This document shows, piece by piece, positions 1 through 9,198 of a stretch of 64,000 nt of DNA. The translations under genes and the position numbers were made by a program. The notes below the pieces were generated by a model, which saw nothing but the letters and a program-made list of their open reading frames with translations, ran no database searches and had not been told where the DNA came from. The DNA lies in contig CAVRAG010000008.1 in assembly GCA_963718895.1 (NCBI GenBank), forward strand, positions 480,001-544,000, in the 5' to 3' direction. Every line of letters starts with the position of its first letter. Position 1 is the stretch's first letter. Source of the stretch: an uncultured Nitrososphaerota archaeon (GTDB lineage Archaea > Thermoproteota > Nitrososphaeria > Nitrososphaerales > Gagatemarchaeaceae).

Positions 1-371
1 CGGGCTTCCCCTCTGCGCACATCATTGCCACAGCGCCATCTCTGGAGAGAGCGGATCAGCTTCTCCAATCCGGCCTTGAACTCTTCCGTCTGCAAGTAGT
101 CTGCATAACCCCGAAAGCCCGGGTTCCTCCACCCGGTGTTCTCGGAGTCCCTCAAAGGACGTCTGAGACCTCCGAGCTCTTTCAGGTGGATGTACCTGAT
201 TCCGGTTTCAGTGACTCTTCGAGCGCCTCAGAGTTGAACTGAGGATTGTGGCTGGAAGGGGGAATCTTCCGTATGTCAACAAGTATCGTGATTGTGCGCA
301 AGGAGGATTCTGACGAACCTTTCGACAGATAGGGTCGAATGGCCGATTAGACAGATGGTGACTTTGCTCAA
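1..371 (-). pseudogene. DUF488-family protein, frameshifted (runs off the window edge)
   Basis: Manual translation gives MSKVTICLIGHSTLSVERF / ITILVDIRKIPPSSHNPQFN / GIRYIHLKELGGLRR..GWRNPGFRGYADY / AVAMMCAEG, joined by three frame changes; these are DUF488 hallmark motifs. Confidence 0.8.
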
Positions 372-634
372 AGTAATCAACGGTTAATCCGTACATGGCA
401 GATATAGCACTTGAATTGAGGTCATCACTTCGTCAGGACATCCCTCGTTATGGTCAGCGCCAACCTTAACGCCGCACTTGGGACACAGTATCGTGGGGAT
501 CAGGCACTCCTTTCCTTTTCAATCTACTTCGGAACACAGCATTCGAGGAATCTGACAGGAGATCCGGCTGCAACTCGAAAACTGTTGAGTCTTGATAAAG
601 CAGCCCAGCAAGAGTCGAACCTTAGTGTCTTGTG

Positions 635-1561
635 TTACGGATGAACGTAACCTGAATCTTCGAGCTGGTTGAGACGCAGGTGGAAGTACAGCAAACCTCC
701 GTATCCCTTCCATTCGCCAATAACCTGTTTCACTCCGTCGTAGTCTAGGTCACCCTTTAGTTTCAAGAGACGCTTTAGACCATTCCTTGCGCCAACATCG
801 TCTCCGGGGAAGATGTTCGTCCGGCCAAGCCCTCGGAGAAGTACGTACTCGGAGGACCAACGACCTATCCCCGGAATCTCGTCAAGATATGACAGCGCTC
901 GGTCTTCGCTCACTTGTCCGAGACCATCCAGGTCCAAGGCTCCGCTGACAACCCTCTGAGAGAGTTCAATCAGAGCGCGCGATTTTCTGGAGCTAAACCC
1001 GAGTTGTCTGAGTTCACTCTCTCGAAGGTTCGACAGGTCGCCAGGCCTCGGGAATGCATAGTGCAACGTCTCCGTCTGCTCGATTCTTCCCCCGTACCGC
1101 TGGGACAACCTGTTTAGCAGCTGCAGGCCGGCACTCATCGAGAGTTGTTGACATGCGACAGCGTTCACCAGCGCCTCAAAGACCGAAGGGAATCGCGGGG
1201 GCTTCACTCCTCTGAACCTCCTGACCAAATCCCCCAACTCACCATCTTCCTTTCTTGCGCGGTCATAGAACGCGCCCAAGTCCACTCGGGTGCCCAGCAT
1301 GCCCTCAATCACTGTTCTGACCTCAGCCGGAGACACGCGGTGGGGTGCAGTTGCGCTGACCATCAGCCGAGGCGTCTCAAACGAGCCGCGCTGGATTACC
1401 ACGACGTCCACAGGCGCGCCGTCAAGCATTAACACGCGAGCATACACGCCGTCGTCAAGTCGGTCGACGATGTTGGTTGGTCGGCGACGCAGCGCCCAAG
1501 CCGTGAGGTCCAGCCTGAAGGGTGGCAGCGGCTTCACCTGAAACGTTACTGTATCCAACAT
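635..1561 (-). CDS. alkA: AlkA-family DNA-3-methyladenine glycosylase
   Basis: FEALVNAVACQQLS, HhH motif IPGIGRWS, FPGDDVG. Confidence 0.9.
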   Translation of the reverse strand: MLDTVTFQVKPLPPFRLDLTAWALRRRPTNIVDRLDDGVYARVLMLDGAPVDVVVIQRGSFETPRLMVSATAPHRVSPAEVRTVIEGMLGTRVDLGAFYDRARKEDGELGDLVRRFRGVKPPRFPSVFEALVNAVACQQLSMSAGLQLLNRLSQRYGGRIEQTETLHYAFPRPGDLSNLRESELRQLGFSSRKSRALIELSQRVVSGALDLDGLGQVSEDRALSYLDEIPGIGRWSSEYVLLRGLGRTNIFPGDDVGARNGLKRLLKLKGDLDYDGVKQVIGEWKGYGGLLYFHLRLNQLEDSGYVHP

Positions 1562-1660
1562 TCGAGAGTTGCCAGGAACGAAGTCCCCCTTACATGGCTA
1601 TCGGACAGTTGATTCGTTTCAGTATCCCCAAATATGATTTGTTGAATTGAGGTACGCAAG

Positions 1661-1891
1661 ATGCCAAAGAAGTTCAAGCGCGGCGATCACGTTGAATGGA
1701 ACTCAGAAGCTGGGAGGGTTCGCGGCGTAATCATAAGGAAGATCACTTCTGATGTACGGGTCGAAGGGTATGTACATCATGCCTCCGAAGACGAACCACA
1801 GTACTTCATCAAGAGCGACACGACCGAGCACGTGGCAATTCACAAAGGCGAGACGCTAAAACTTCTAAAGGCAACGAAGAAGAATCACTGA
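1661..1891 (+). CDS. DUF2945 / HVA1-like small Tudor-like protein
   Basis: GDHVEWNSEAG...HASEDEPQYFIKSDTT..AIHK pattern. Confidence 0.8.
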   Translation: MPKKFKRGDHVEWNSEAGRVRGVIIRKITSDVRVEGYVHHASEDEPQYFIKSDTTEHVAIHKGETLKLLKATKKNH

Positions 1892-1955
1892 CAGAGTGAA
1901 AGGGGATTACGCGAAGGGGACAAAGGTGGAAGTATGGTTGCCAAAAGCATCTTGA
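1890..1955 (+). pseudogene. C-terminal remnant of a sensor histidine kinase (end of HATPase domain)
   Basis: Translates as DRVKGDYAKGTKVEVWLPKAS*, resembling archaeal HK C-termini; lies just upstream of a receiver-domain pseudogene. Confidence 0.55.
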
Positions 1956-2090
1956 TCGTTCGACAGGTCTACCCACCAGTTCCGCTCCTTGGACAAATTC
2001 GACCAGAGATTCTTCAGGAAAACAAATCGGATAGGACGGAACACCTGTCTTTCAAATGACCAACGCGAGATAGGCAAGCAGGACAGCGAG

Positions 2091-2340
2091 AGCATAGCGA
2101 TTGTGGATGATGAGGAGTAGCTGTGCTCGTTGTTTGCAATACTGGTTAGGAGTAGGGGATATCATTCGGAGTGTGTGCCACTGACTGGGATGAGATTGTT
2201 CAGCTTGAGCTGGAAGATACCACCCATCCGGACCTGATACTTATGGACCACCGCATGCCTACGATGAACGGCATGCAGGCAGCTGAGAGGATTCTGCGCG
2301 TCAGGCCTGAGATGAAGATAGTCATCGCCACGGGGACGGG
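2091..2340 (+). pseudogene. Response-regulator receiver domain, disrupted
   Basis: SIAIVDDEE then in-frame TAG at 2118-2120, frameshift near 2171, then PDLILMDHRMPTMNGMQAAERI..MKIVIATG. Confidence 0.8.
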
Positions 2341-2607
2341 ACGGTCAGGCCTTATTCGTGTGGCTTCCTTAGGTCTTCGACCGCCTGCATCAGTTCTTTC
2401 CGCCCATGTTCCTGGGGGTTTTCTCCCATTTACCAGCTGGCATCGGACTCAGGGGAGGCGGGCCCGACGGGAACCGCCCGGTTTACTTTCTGATCTGGAA
2501 TTGAATTGTAACTCTTGATGGGGCCAGTGAGCTTCGACCAATACACCTTCGATCGATGGATTTGAGTGAACTCGGCAATCGGCATCCGAGCCTTAGAGAC
2601 CAACTAT

Positions 2608-2976
2608 TCAGGGTACGAATTCCACGCCGGGCAATTCCTTGAATGCCTCATCCCCTGTGAGGAATTTCAGACCTTCTTTCTTAGAAATGTAATACCCCAA
2701 TGCATCAGCGTAGGACAACTCAAGATTTTTCAGTTCATGTCGCAGCTTCATGGCAGCTTCAATGTCGGAAAACGAAAAGTCGATTTCGTATACCGAATAG
2801 GCTTCTACGACTTCGTGAGCCGCGCTCTCTCCATGGGTCCTCAAAATGGCGTAACATATCTCCATCAAGTTCAATCTGGTGAGGACGCCTGTGTTCTTCT
2901 CGAAGTAGCCGGCATATCCGCGTCTGTCGCTTAGATAGGCGAGTACGCTGTAGCTGTCGTAGAAGTACCTAGCCAC
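2608..2976 (-). CDS. vapC: PIN-domain toxin (VapC-like)
   Basis: YFYDSY, LSYADAL, FLTGDEAF PIN acidic residues; overlaps the antitoxin stop. Confidence 0.85.
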   Translation of the reverse strand: MARYFYDSYSVLAYLSDRRGYAGYFEKNTGVLTRLNLMEICYAILRTHGESAAHEVVEAYSVYEIDFSFSDIEAAMKLRHELKNLELSYADALGYYISKKEGLKFLTGDEAFKELPGVEFVP

Positions 2977-3184
2977 GCCAACCCTTCCTCATCTCTTCCT
3001 TGGCGGCTTGAAGATTCTCGACTGGGTATTTCCCCTTGAGCTCCGTAACATCACTCAGCTTTGTAAGCCGTAACTCAACCTCCTCTCCCACGTGCAACCC
3101 GTTTTTTTCCGCAGCCTCCTTCGGGATGACTACTCCGAGCGAGTTTCCCCACTTCTTGAGCCGAGCTTTTGCCTGCACGACCAT
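2969..3184 (-). CDS. vapB: AbrB/MazE-type antitoxin (VapB-like)
   Basis: KKWGNSLGVVIPKE AbrB motif; ATG at 3184 chosen. Confidence 0.85.
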   Translation of the reverse strand: MVVQAKARLKKWGNSLGVVIPKEAAEKNGLHVGEEVELRLTKLSDVTELKGKYPVENLQAAKEEMRKGWRG

Positions 3185-3186
3185 AG

Positions 3187-3200
3187 TTATACATGTATAA
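3187..3200. promoter_or_regulatory. Perfect 14-bp palindrome, probable vapBC autorepression operator
   Basis: TTATACATGTATAA immediately upstream of the antitoxin start. Confidence 0.65.
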
Positions 3201-3239
3201 TTCAACTAGTTAAGGTTTCCGATGTAAGTGCTCTTAATC

Positions 3240-3262
3240 GGTGGGGCCGGCGGGATTTGAAC
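3240..3262 (-). mobile_element. Isolated tRNA 3'-end fragment (att-like scar)
   Basis: Minus strand GTTCAAATCCCGCCGGCCCCACC = T-loop, T-stem 3' strand and acceptor 3' strand of a Pro/Trp-like tRNA; no matching 5' half nearby. Confidence 0.55.
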
Positions 3263-3391
3263 ATTCAATCGCCCCAAGATAACTGGACTTTCGCGGATGC
3301 GCGGGTCTCAACTGCGAGGGAATCTTTCGGGATGGCTTGTCGAGCCCCGGAAGGAAAAGGGAAGGGCGAGAAGATCGCCGTGCTGGGGTGG

Positions 3392-3536
3392 CTACTTCCC
3401 CAGTATCTTGAAGAGCTTGGCGCCGCACGAGGGGCACGTCCCCTGCATGACCCTCCGGCCGTTCTTAAGCCGCACTTCCGGGGGCGAGATCATTCTCCCT
3501 CTTTGTCCTCTCCTTCGCGCAGAATGCTTCGGTCAT
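3392..3536 (-). pseudogene. DUF5679-like small zinc-ribbon protein with a 1-nt insertion
   Basis: MTEAFCAKERTKRE [extra A] MISPPEVRLKNGRRVMQGTCPSCGAKLFKILGK*. Confidence 0.65.
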
Positions 3537-3693
3537 GCGCCAGAGGTCTTCCATGATGAATAGACGTCAGTGGGGCGAACTGATTCCACTCATGCCTCAC
3601 CACGGATTGGCTGAGTGAGAGGAGGGGGACCAAGAGGGGGGAGTGAACGACGAACCACTCGCAACAAACGGATAAAGCGAAGCCGACAGGCGC

Positions 3694-5574
3694 ATGCGTG
3701 AGCCAATGTCAGCTACAGGTCTGTCGCCATCAGGGGCAACGATGGAGCGTGGCGATTTACTCGAGCTTGCTGCTCGCCTCGGAATCAACCTCCAGACCCT
3801 CTCCGAAGAGAAGGTCCGGGATCTGCTGGGGAGAGTCAGGGTTGCCGATATCGACGGCTTCGCCGAGATAGCTGCGACAGAGAAGAAGAAGGCGTACCTG
3901 CTCATCCGCGCTTATGCCGAAAAGGCATCGGGTGTCCAGGAGAGGAAGGCTCTCAGGACGCCGGACGCGAGAAAACTCGCCCGGGACATACTCTCGCTCT
4001 TTTCGGAGCACACCTCGTCCAAGCTTGCCAGGAACAGATTCTCACTCCGTACACCGGCCCTTGACAGGGAGACGATCCAGGGCAGGCTGAGTGCATGCCT
4101 GACGGGAATGGATATCCTGAGGGAACTGAGGCAGCGAGGAAAGCGAGATGAGCTGGGGAAGGTGCTCGCGGAGGTTTCCTTTGACGTTCCCTCTGGAAAG
4201 AAACCGTCTTCGAGGACGGAGTCTGACACCTTGGATTACTTCATGTCACGGAGGCGCATGATCAAGGCGGCTCATTCGATTCTTGCAAACTTCGATGAGG
4301 TTCGGACGCTGAGCTCGTTCTTCAAGAACACGGATAGGAAGGTTCTGGAGAACGTGATGAAGACGCTTGAGGAACGTGACAGCGAGGAGGTTCAGGATGC
4401 GGATGGAGTCCTCTCCGACGCGGAGATTCTGATCAACGAGAAGTTCCGGAAGGGAGGGGTTGACGAGGAGAGGGCGAGAAGGATAGTCGAAGAGCAGCTC
4501 GAGGAGGTAGTCAGTACGCTCAGGATGAATTCGGAGGAGGAGAACGAGGTCAGAAGGGCGGCGCTGGAGGGGCTGTCGATTCCCTTCGAGTTCGAGAGGA
4601 TCGGGAGGCGAAGGGTCATCGAGGAATGGGAGGGAAGGCAGGAGAAGGAGAGAGCAGCCAAGCTGGCCAGGACAGAGTCGCTTCTGAAGCAGCACTGGGC
4701 CGCGGTGGATGATGCTGTTGAGAGGGCAATCTCTCTAGACCAGTTGCTGGCGATAGCGTCACTGATGGAAGAGTACGGCCTCACGATCCCCACGATTGGG
4801 AGCGAGGGCATAGCCTTCGTAAACGGCCGCGGCCTCTTCCTGATGAAGGACCGGCTGGAAGGCGGAAGCGGGGCGGTCGTCCAGCCCGTCAGCTACGCGC
4901 TTGGCAGGACGAGGTCGACGAAGGTGGTGGTAGCGGCCAAGCCCAGGAACGTCGTCATGCTAACGGGAGCGAACAGCGGTGGGAAGACTACCCTTCTCAC
5001 GACCCTCGCCTCGATTCACATCCTCACGCTCCTCGGCCTGCCGGTTCCCTGCGAAAGGGCCGAGGTCGTCCCAGTTCCCATCTATCTGTTCAGGAGGAGG
5101 GTGACGCGGAAGATAGGGAGCCTCGAGCAGGCCCTGAGCTCGCTCATCCCTATCTTCGCCGACAGGCACCGAAAGCTCGTGCTCATGGACGAGTTCGAGG
5201 CCCTGACCGAGCCCGGAGCTGCCGGCAGGATCCTGGCGGGGATAATCAACGCGGTGGCGACGGGCAGCAGCCTCCTTCTTCTCGTGACGCACCTTGCCCG
5301 GGAGACTCTTCCTCATGTGAGGCTTCCCATCAGGGTCGACGGGATAGAGGCGGAGGGCCTTGACAAAGACGGAGAGCTCATCGTCGACAGGCAGCCAAAG
5401 TTCAACCACATCGGGTCGAGCACGCCGAAGCTGATCATCATGAAGCTCTCGAAGAGTGCGAAGACGGGTGACAAGGCGCTGTATGGCGATATTCTGAACT
5501 CGCTTGAGGGTGAGTCGAGCATGCCGGTGCAAACGCCGTTGAACTTGCCTTGGCTCTCCAAAGAGGACGCTTAG
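3694..5574 (+). CDS. Archaeal MutS-family (domain V ATPase) protein
   Basis: Walker A GANSGGKTT, Walker B LVLMDEFE, VTHL; no mismatch-binding domain evident. Confidence 0.8.
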   Translation: MREPMSATGLSPSGATMERGDLLELAARLGINLQTLSEEKVRDLLGRVRVADIDGFAEIAATEKKKAYLLIRAYAEKASGVQERKALRTPDARKLARDILSLFSEHTSSKLARNRFSLRTPALDRETIQGRLSACLTGMDILRELRQRGKRDELGKVLAEVSFDVPSGKKPSSRTESDTLDYFMSRRRMIKAAHSILANFDEVRTLSSFFKNTDRKVLENVMKTLEERDSEEVQDADGVLSDAEILINEKFRKGGVDEERARRIVEEQLEEVVSTLRMNSEEENEVRRAALEGLSIPFEFERIGRRRVIEEWEGRQEKERAAKLARTESLLKQHWAAVDDAVERAISLDQLLAIASLMEEYGLTIPTIGSEGIAFVNGRGLFLMKDRLEGGSGAVVQPVSYALGRTRSTKVVVAAKPRNVVMLTGANSGGKTTLLTTLASIHILTLLGLPVPCERAEVVPVPIYLFRRRVTRKIGSLEQALSSLIPIFADRHRKLVLMDEFEALTEPGAAGRILAGIINAVATGSSLLLLVTHLARETLPHVRLPIRVDGIEAEGLDKDGELIVDRQPKFNHIGSSTPKLIIMKLSKSAKTGDKALYGDILNSLEGESSMPVQTPLNLPWLSKEDA

Positions 5575-5752
5575 AAATGGGAGTTCTGACTGCTCCAGCT
5601 TCAGGCGGCGGTAGTTCAGCAGATTGATGGCACTGGTTGACCATACGCGAATTCTCTTGCCTTCCTTACGAATTCGCCTATCTCCTTGTTCCTGCCATTC
5701 TCGTAGTCGCGCGGTCGCAACCACGACGCAGCTGTTCTAGGTCGCGCCCGCC

Positions 5753-5902
5753 TTACTTCGGATGGCCGTACTTGTGCGGGTCCTTGTCGAAGGCTGTCTT
5801 GCAGCTCGCCGAGCAGAAGTAGAAGGTCTTGCCCTCGTGCTCCGACTTCAGCTTCGTCTTCTTCTCGTCCACCGTCATTCCACACACAGGGTCTTTCATC
5901 AT
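5753..5902 (-). CDS. YHS/TRASH-domain metal chaperone
   Basis: KDPVCGM...FYFCSASCKTAF. Confidence 0.9.
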   Translation of the reverse strand: MMKDPVCGMTVDEKKTKLKSEHEGKTFYFCSASCKTAFDKDPHKYGHPK

Positions 5903-5948
5903 TGTTTTCTCAACGGAGTGTAGGATTCCTTCCTTTATCAAAACTCCT

Positions 5949-5964
5949 CTTTACGAATGTCAAG
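5949..5964. promoter_or_regulatory. Candidate copper-regulator operator CTTnAC-N4-GTnAAG
   Basis: CTTTACGAATGTCAAG between the divergent YHS and regulator genes; its reverse complement matches the site before copA at 14/16. Confidence 0.65.
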
Positions 5965-6622
5965 CTTTTTATTCCTGCGGTCTCTCGTACATCACCTGAA
6001 ACCCGACGCTATCGATACCAGGATACTCGAGGTTCTGATGGATGACGGGCGAGCCTCGTTCAGGCAGATAGCTCAGAGGACCTCCCTCACCACCCCGACA
6101 GTCTCGTCCCGAGTCGCAAGAATGACTAGGGCCGGTCTAATCAAGAAATTCATCCCCTTACTCTCGGGAGATTCGGTCAACCGCGGGGTCACGACCCTGT
6201 TGACGCTGAAGGTAGGTTCCGCTTCGGTTCAGAGGCTCGCCGAGGACCTGGCGAAGATACGAGAGGTGGAGGCTGTCTACATGACGACGGGACAAAGCAT
6301 CACGCTGAAGGTTACCCTGGACAGCGTCCAGAGTCTGCAGTCCTTCCTAGCTCAGAACGTCTTGAAGAAGCGGGGCGTCGAGGTGACATCGAGCCAGATA
6401 ATCACGAGCACGGTGAAGGAAGAGCCTCCTTCTTTCCTTCCGAGCACGCTTGTCATGAACCTGAAGTGCGACTACTGCGGAGGAGACGTGACGAGCAGCC
6501 GCCCCTACACCATCTCGGTGGGCCCCTCACACTACTACTTCTGCTGCAAGACATGCAGGAAGGACTATCTCGGGGAGCACAGTAAGAGGCTTGCGAAGAT
6601 TACACGCAAGCTCGAGTCATGA
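5957..6622 (+). CDS. Lrp/AsnC-family regulator with C-terminal TRASH domain (CopT/CopR-like)
   Basis: HTH DGRASFRQIA..TVSSRV; CDYCG...YFCCKTC; true start may be downstream (in-frame CTG at 5996). Confidence 0.85.
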   Translation: MSSFLFLRSLVHHLKPDAIDTRILEVLMDDGRASFRQIAQRTSLTTPTVSSRVARMTRAGLIKKFIPLLSGDSVNRGVTTLLTLKVGSASVQRLAEDLAKIREVEAVYMTTGQSITLKVTLDSVQSLQSFLAQNVLKKRGVEVTSSQIITSTVKEEPPSFLPSTLVMNLKCDYCGGDVTSSRPYTISVGPSHYYFCCKTCRKDYLGEHSKRLAKITRKLES

Positions 6623-6626
6623 TGGG

Positions 6627-6642
6627 CTTAACGTTCGTAAAG
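6627..6642. promoter_or_regulatory. Candidate copper-regulator operator upstream of copA
   Basis: CTTAACGTTCGTAAAG, 7 bp before the TATA-like TTTAAG (6650-6655). Confidence 0.65.
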
Positions 6643-6680
6643 ACGCGGGTTTAAGACAGCGGATCCGGTCGTGAAGTTTC

Positions 6681-8780
6681 ATGGCGTCGGACCCGATCTG
6701 CGGAATGTACGTCGACGAGGCCACCGCCGAGCTGAAGGCGGAGGTCAGGGGGGTCACGTACTACTTCTGCAGCGAGTCCTGCATGCACGAGTTCCTGGCC
6801 CCGGAGAAGGAGCTCCGGAAGCTCAAGATCGAAGTTCTCGCCTCGGCGCTTCTCTCTATCCCGATACTCCTCTTCACCTATGTCTCTCCCCTCTCAACGC
6901 AGTCCTCCAGTTACATCCTCTTCGCGCTCGACACACCCATCCAGTTCATCGTCGGATGGAGGTTCTACCGCGGAGTCTACGACAGCGTCAGGAGCAGGAT
7001 GGGGAACATGGACGTCCTGATCGCGCTAGGCACGTCTGCGGCGTGGGCCTACTCGACCGTTGTCACCTTCGGCCCCGGGTTCTTCCCCTCCTCCGGCGTC
7101 TACTTCGACACTTCCGCGATCATCATCACCCTGATTCTGACTGGCCGGTATCTCGAGCACGTGACGAAGAGCAGGGCCTCCGCAGCGGTGAGGAAGCTAG
7201 TCGACCTCCAACCGACCGTGGCTCACAGAATCGACGGGAGGGGTGCGGAGGTCGACGTTCCAATAGAGCAGGTCGAGGTCGGAGACGGTTTGGTCGTAAG
7301 ACCTGGGGAGAAGATCCCCGTGGACGCGATTATCGTAGAGGGAAGGTCGGCCATCGACGAGTCCATGATCACGGGCGAGAGCATACCCGCCGAGAAGTCG
7401 GCAGGAGACGAGGTCATAGGAGCGACGATCAACAGGTCTGGGCTGCTGAAGCTGAAAGCGGAGAAGGTGGGCCAGGACACCGCGCTATCTCAGATAGTCA
7501 AGCTCGTCGAGGAGGCTCAGGCCGGAAAAGCGCCCATTCAGAGGCTCGCAGATAGGATCGCTTCATATTTCGTTCCCGTAGTCGTAGCGGCCGCTACCGT
7601 CGCCAGCCTATCCTGGTACTTCTTCGGCCACATAGGGTTCGGCTTCTCCATGCTCGTCTTCGTCTCGGTCGTGGTGATATCTTGCCCGTGTGCACTCGGC
7701 ATCGCTACTCCAGCAGCTCTCCTAGTGGGTACGAGCAAGGGCGCGCAGAGCGGCGTTCTGATCAAAGGAGGCGAGTACCTAGAGCTCGCCAGCAAGGTCG
7801 ACATCGTCATATTCGACAAGACGGGGACGCTCACCGTTGGGAAACCCTCGGTCACCGATGTCATCCCCGTCGATACTCTCAGTTCGGACGAACTTCTGAG
7901 ATTTGCGGCCTCGGTCGAGAAGGGTTCCGAACACCCGCTGGGTCAGGCCATCGTCAACGAGGCGAAGAGCCGCTCCATCGGTCTGTCTGACCCGCAGGAC
8001 TTCGAGGCGGTCGCTGGAAAGGGTGTCAAGGCCAGGGTGGACGGCAGAGTAGTTCTGCTGGGAAACAGGCGACTCATCACAGAGAGCGGTGGAGACCTCT
8101 CGGCGGCGGAGTCGGAAATCAGCAAACTGGAAGATGAAGGAAAGACCGCCATGATTGTCTCTCTGGATGGGAAGGTCGAAGGGGTCGTCGCGGCCGCGGA
8201 TACGGTGAAGCCGTCGGCCAGGGCGACCGTGGACGCTCTGAAAGCCATGCGAGTTCAGGTCGTGATGCTGACTGGAGACAACTCCAGGACTGCGGCCGCA
8301 ATCTCGCAGAAGATTGGCATCGACAAGTTCGTCGCCGAGGTTCTTCCGCAGCAGAAGGAGGAGAAGATAGAGGTCCTGCAGAAGGAGGGGAGGGTGGTCG
8401 CCATGGTGGGGGACGGCATCAACGACGCGCCGGCGCTGGCCAGGGCTGACGTCGGGATAGCAATCGGCAGCGGAACCGACATCGCGAAGGAGACGGGCGG
8501 GATCGTGCTGATCAAGGACGACCTCCGGAACGTTGCGACCGCAATCAAACTCAGTCGGAAGACGCTCGCGAAGATCAAGCAGAACCTCTTCTGGGCCTTC
8601 GCGTACAACGTGGTCCTGATACCCGTGGCAGCGGGGGCGCTCGTGCCGGCCTTCGGGGCCCAGGTCTACACGGTCCTCCCCTTCCTGGCGGCGGGTGCGA
8701 TGGCAGTGAGCTCGGTAACGGTGCTAAGCAACTCGCTCCTGCTGTTCAGGTTCAAAGCGGATTTCGGTGAGAAAGCTTGA
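6681..8780 (+). CDS. copA: Cu(I)-transporting P1B-1 ATPase with N-terminal YHS domain
   Basis: DPICGM..FCSESC, TGES, CPC, DKTGT, HP, GDGIND, YN and MxxSS. Confidence 0.95.
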   Translation: MASDPICGMYVDEATAELKAEVRGVTYYFCSESCMHEFLAPEKELRKLKIEVLASALLSIPILLFTYVSPLSTQSSSYILFALDTPIQFIVGWRFYRGVYDSVRSRMGNMDVLIALGTSAAWAYSTVVTFGPGFFPSSGVYFDTSAIIITLILTGRYLEHVTKSRASAAVRKLVDLQPTVAHRIDGRGAEVDVPIEQVEVGDGLVVRPGEKIPVDAIIVEGRSAIDESMITGESIPAEKSAGDEVIGATINRSGLLKLKAEKVGQDTALSQIVKLVEEAQAGKAPIQRLADRIASYFVPVVVAAATVASLSWYFFGHIGFGFSMLVFVSVVVISCPCALGIATPAALLVGTSKGAQSGVLIKGGEYLELASKVDIVIFDKTGTLTVGKPSVTDVIPVDTLSSDELLRFAASVEKGSEHPLGQAIVNEAKSRSIGLSDPQDFEAVAGKGVKARVDGRVVLLGNRRLITESGGDLSAAESEISKLEDEGKTAMIVSLDGKVEGVVAAADTVKPSARATVDALKAMRVQVVMLTGDNSRTAAAISQKIGIDKFVAEVLPQQKEEKIEVLQKEGRVVAMVGDGINDAPALARADVGIAIGSGTDIAKETGGIVLIKDDLRNVATAIKLSRKTLAKIKQNLFWAFAYNVVLIPVAAGALVPAFGAQVYTVLPFLAAGAMAVSSVTVLSNSLLLFRFKADFGEKA

Positions 8781-9034
8781 GCCAGGAGAAGGCGGGGAAA
8801 GGCAAGAGAGCCGTATTCGCGGTGAGAAACATGGACTGCGCGACCTGCGGCCTCGCCCTGGAGAAGAAGTTGAGAAAGGTGGACGGCATCGAAGGCGTGG
8901 CTAGCGCCATCATGCTGAACAAGGTCTTCGTCGACTACGACGGGTCGAAGCTCGGCGTCAACGAGATCAAGAAGGCAATCAAGGAAGCAGGGTATGCCGG
9001 TTACGTGACCAGCGATGGTAATAAAATGCGCTGA
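8777..9034 (+). CDS. copZ: HMA-domain copper chaperone
   Basis: MDCATC motif, AIKEAGY; overlaps the copA stop. Confidence 0.85.
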   Translation: MSQEKAGKGKRAVFAVRNMDCATCGLALEKKLRKVDGIEGVASAIMLNKVFVDYDGSKLGVNEIKKAIKEAGYAGYVTSDGNKMR

Positions 9035-9128
9035 CTGCGACTGCACCCCTCAGGAGTGCAGAACCGCGAGGTCAGCGCGTGATTGTCCTCGCTGCACCCG
9101 CGAAGTCTGCTGTTGCTGGGTAGGTTAG
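9015..9128 (+). CDS. 37-aa Cys-rich metallothionein-like peptide (below the ORF-track cutoff)
   Basis: [37 protein letters not shown]; 9 Cys; overlaps the copZ 3' end; Cys spacing matches the N-terminal domain of 12219..12962. Confidence 0.7.
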   Translation: MVIKCADCDCTPQECRTARSARDCPRCTREVCCCWVG

Positions 9129-9198
9129 CTCGCCCGGCCGCCCGAATTAGGCAACCCAAAAAGAACCGAAGGCAGCCTCGCTCGAGAGATCGAGGCTG

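Noticed and set aside
3240-3350. Complete or intron-containing tRNA-Pro/Trp
   Set aside because: No 5' acceptor strand, D-arm or T-stem 5' strand found, and no bulge-helix-bulge evident
3553-3614. Box C/D sRNA (ATGATGA...CTGA...CTGA)
   Set aside because: No C' box, atypical spacer lengths and no recognisable target
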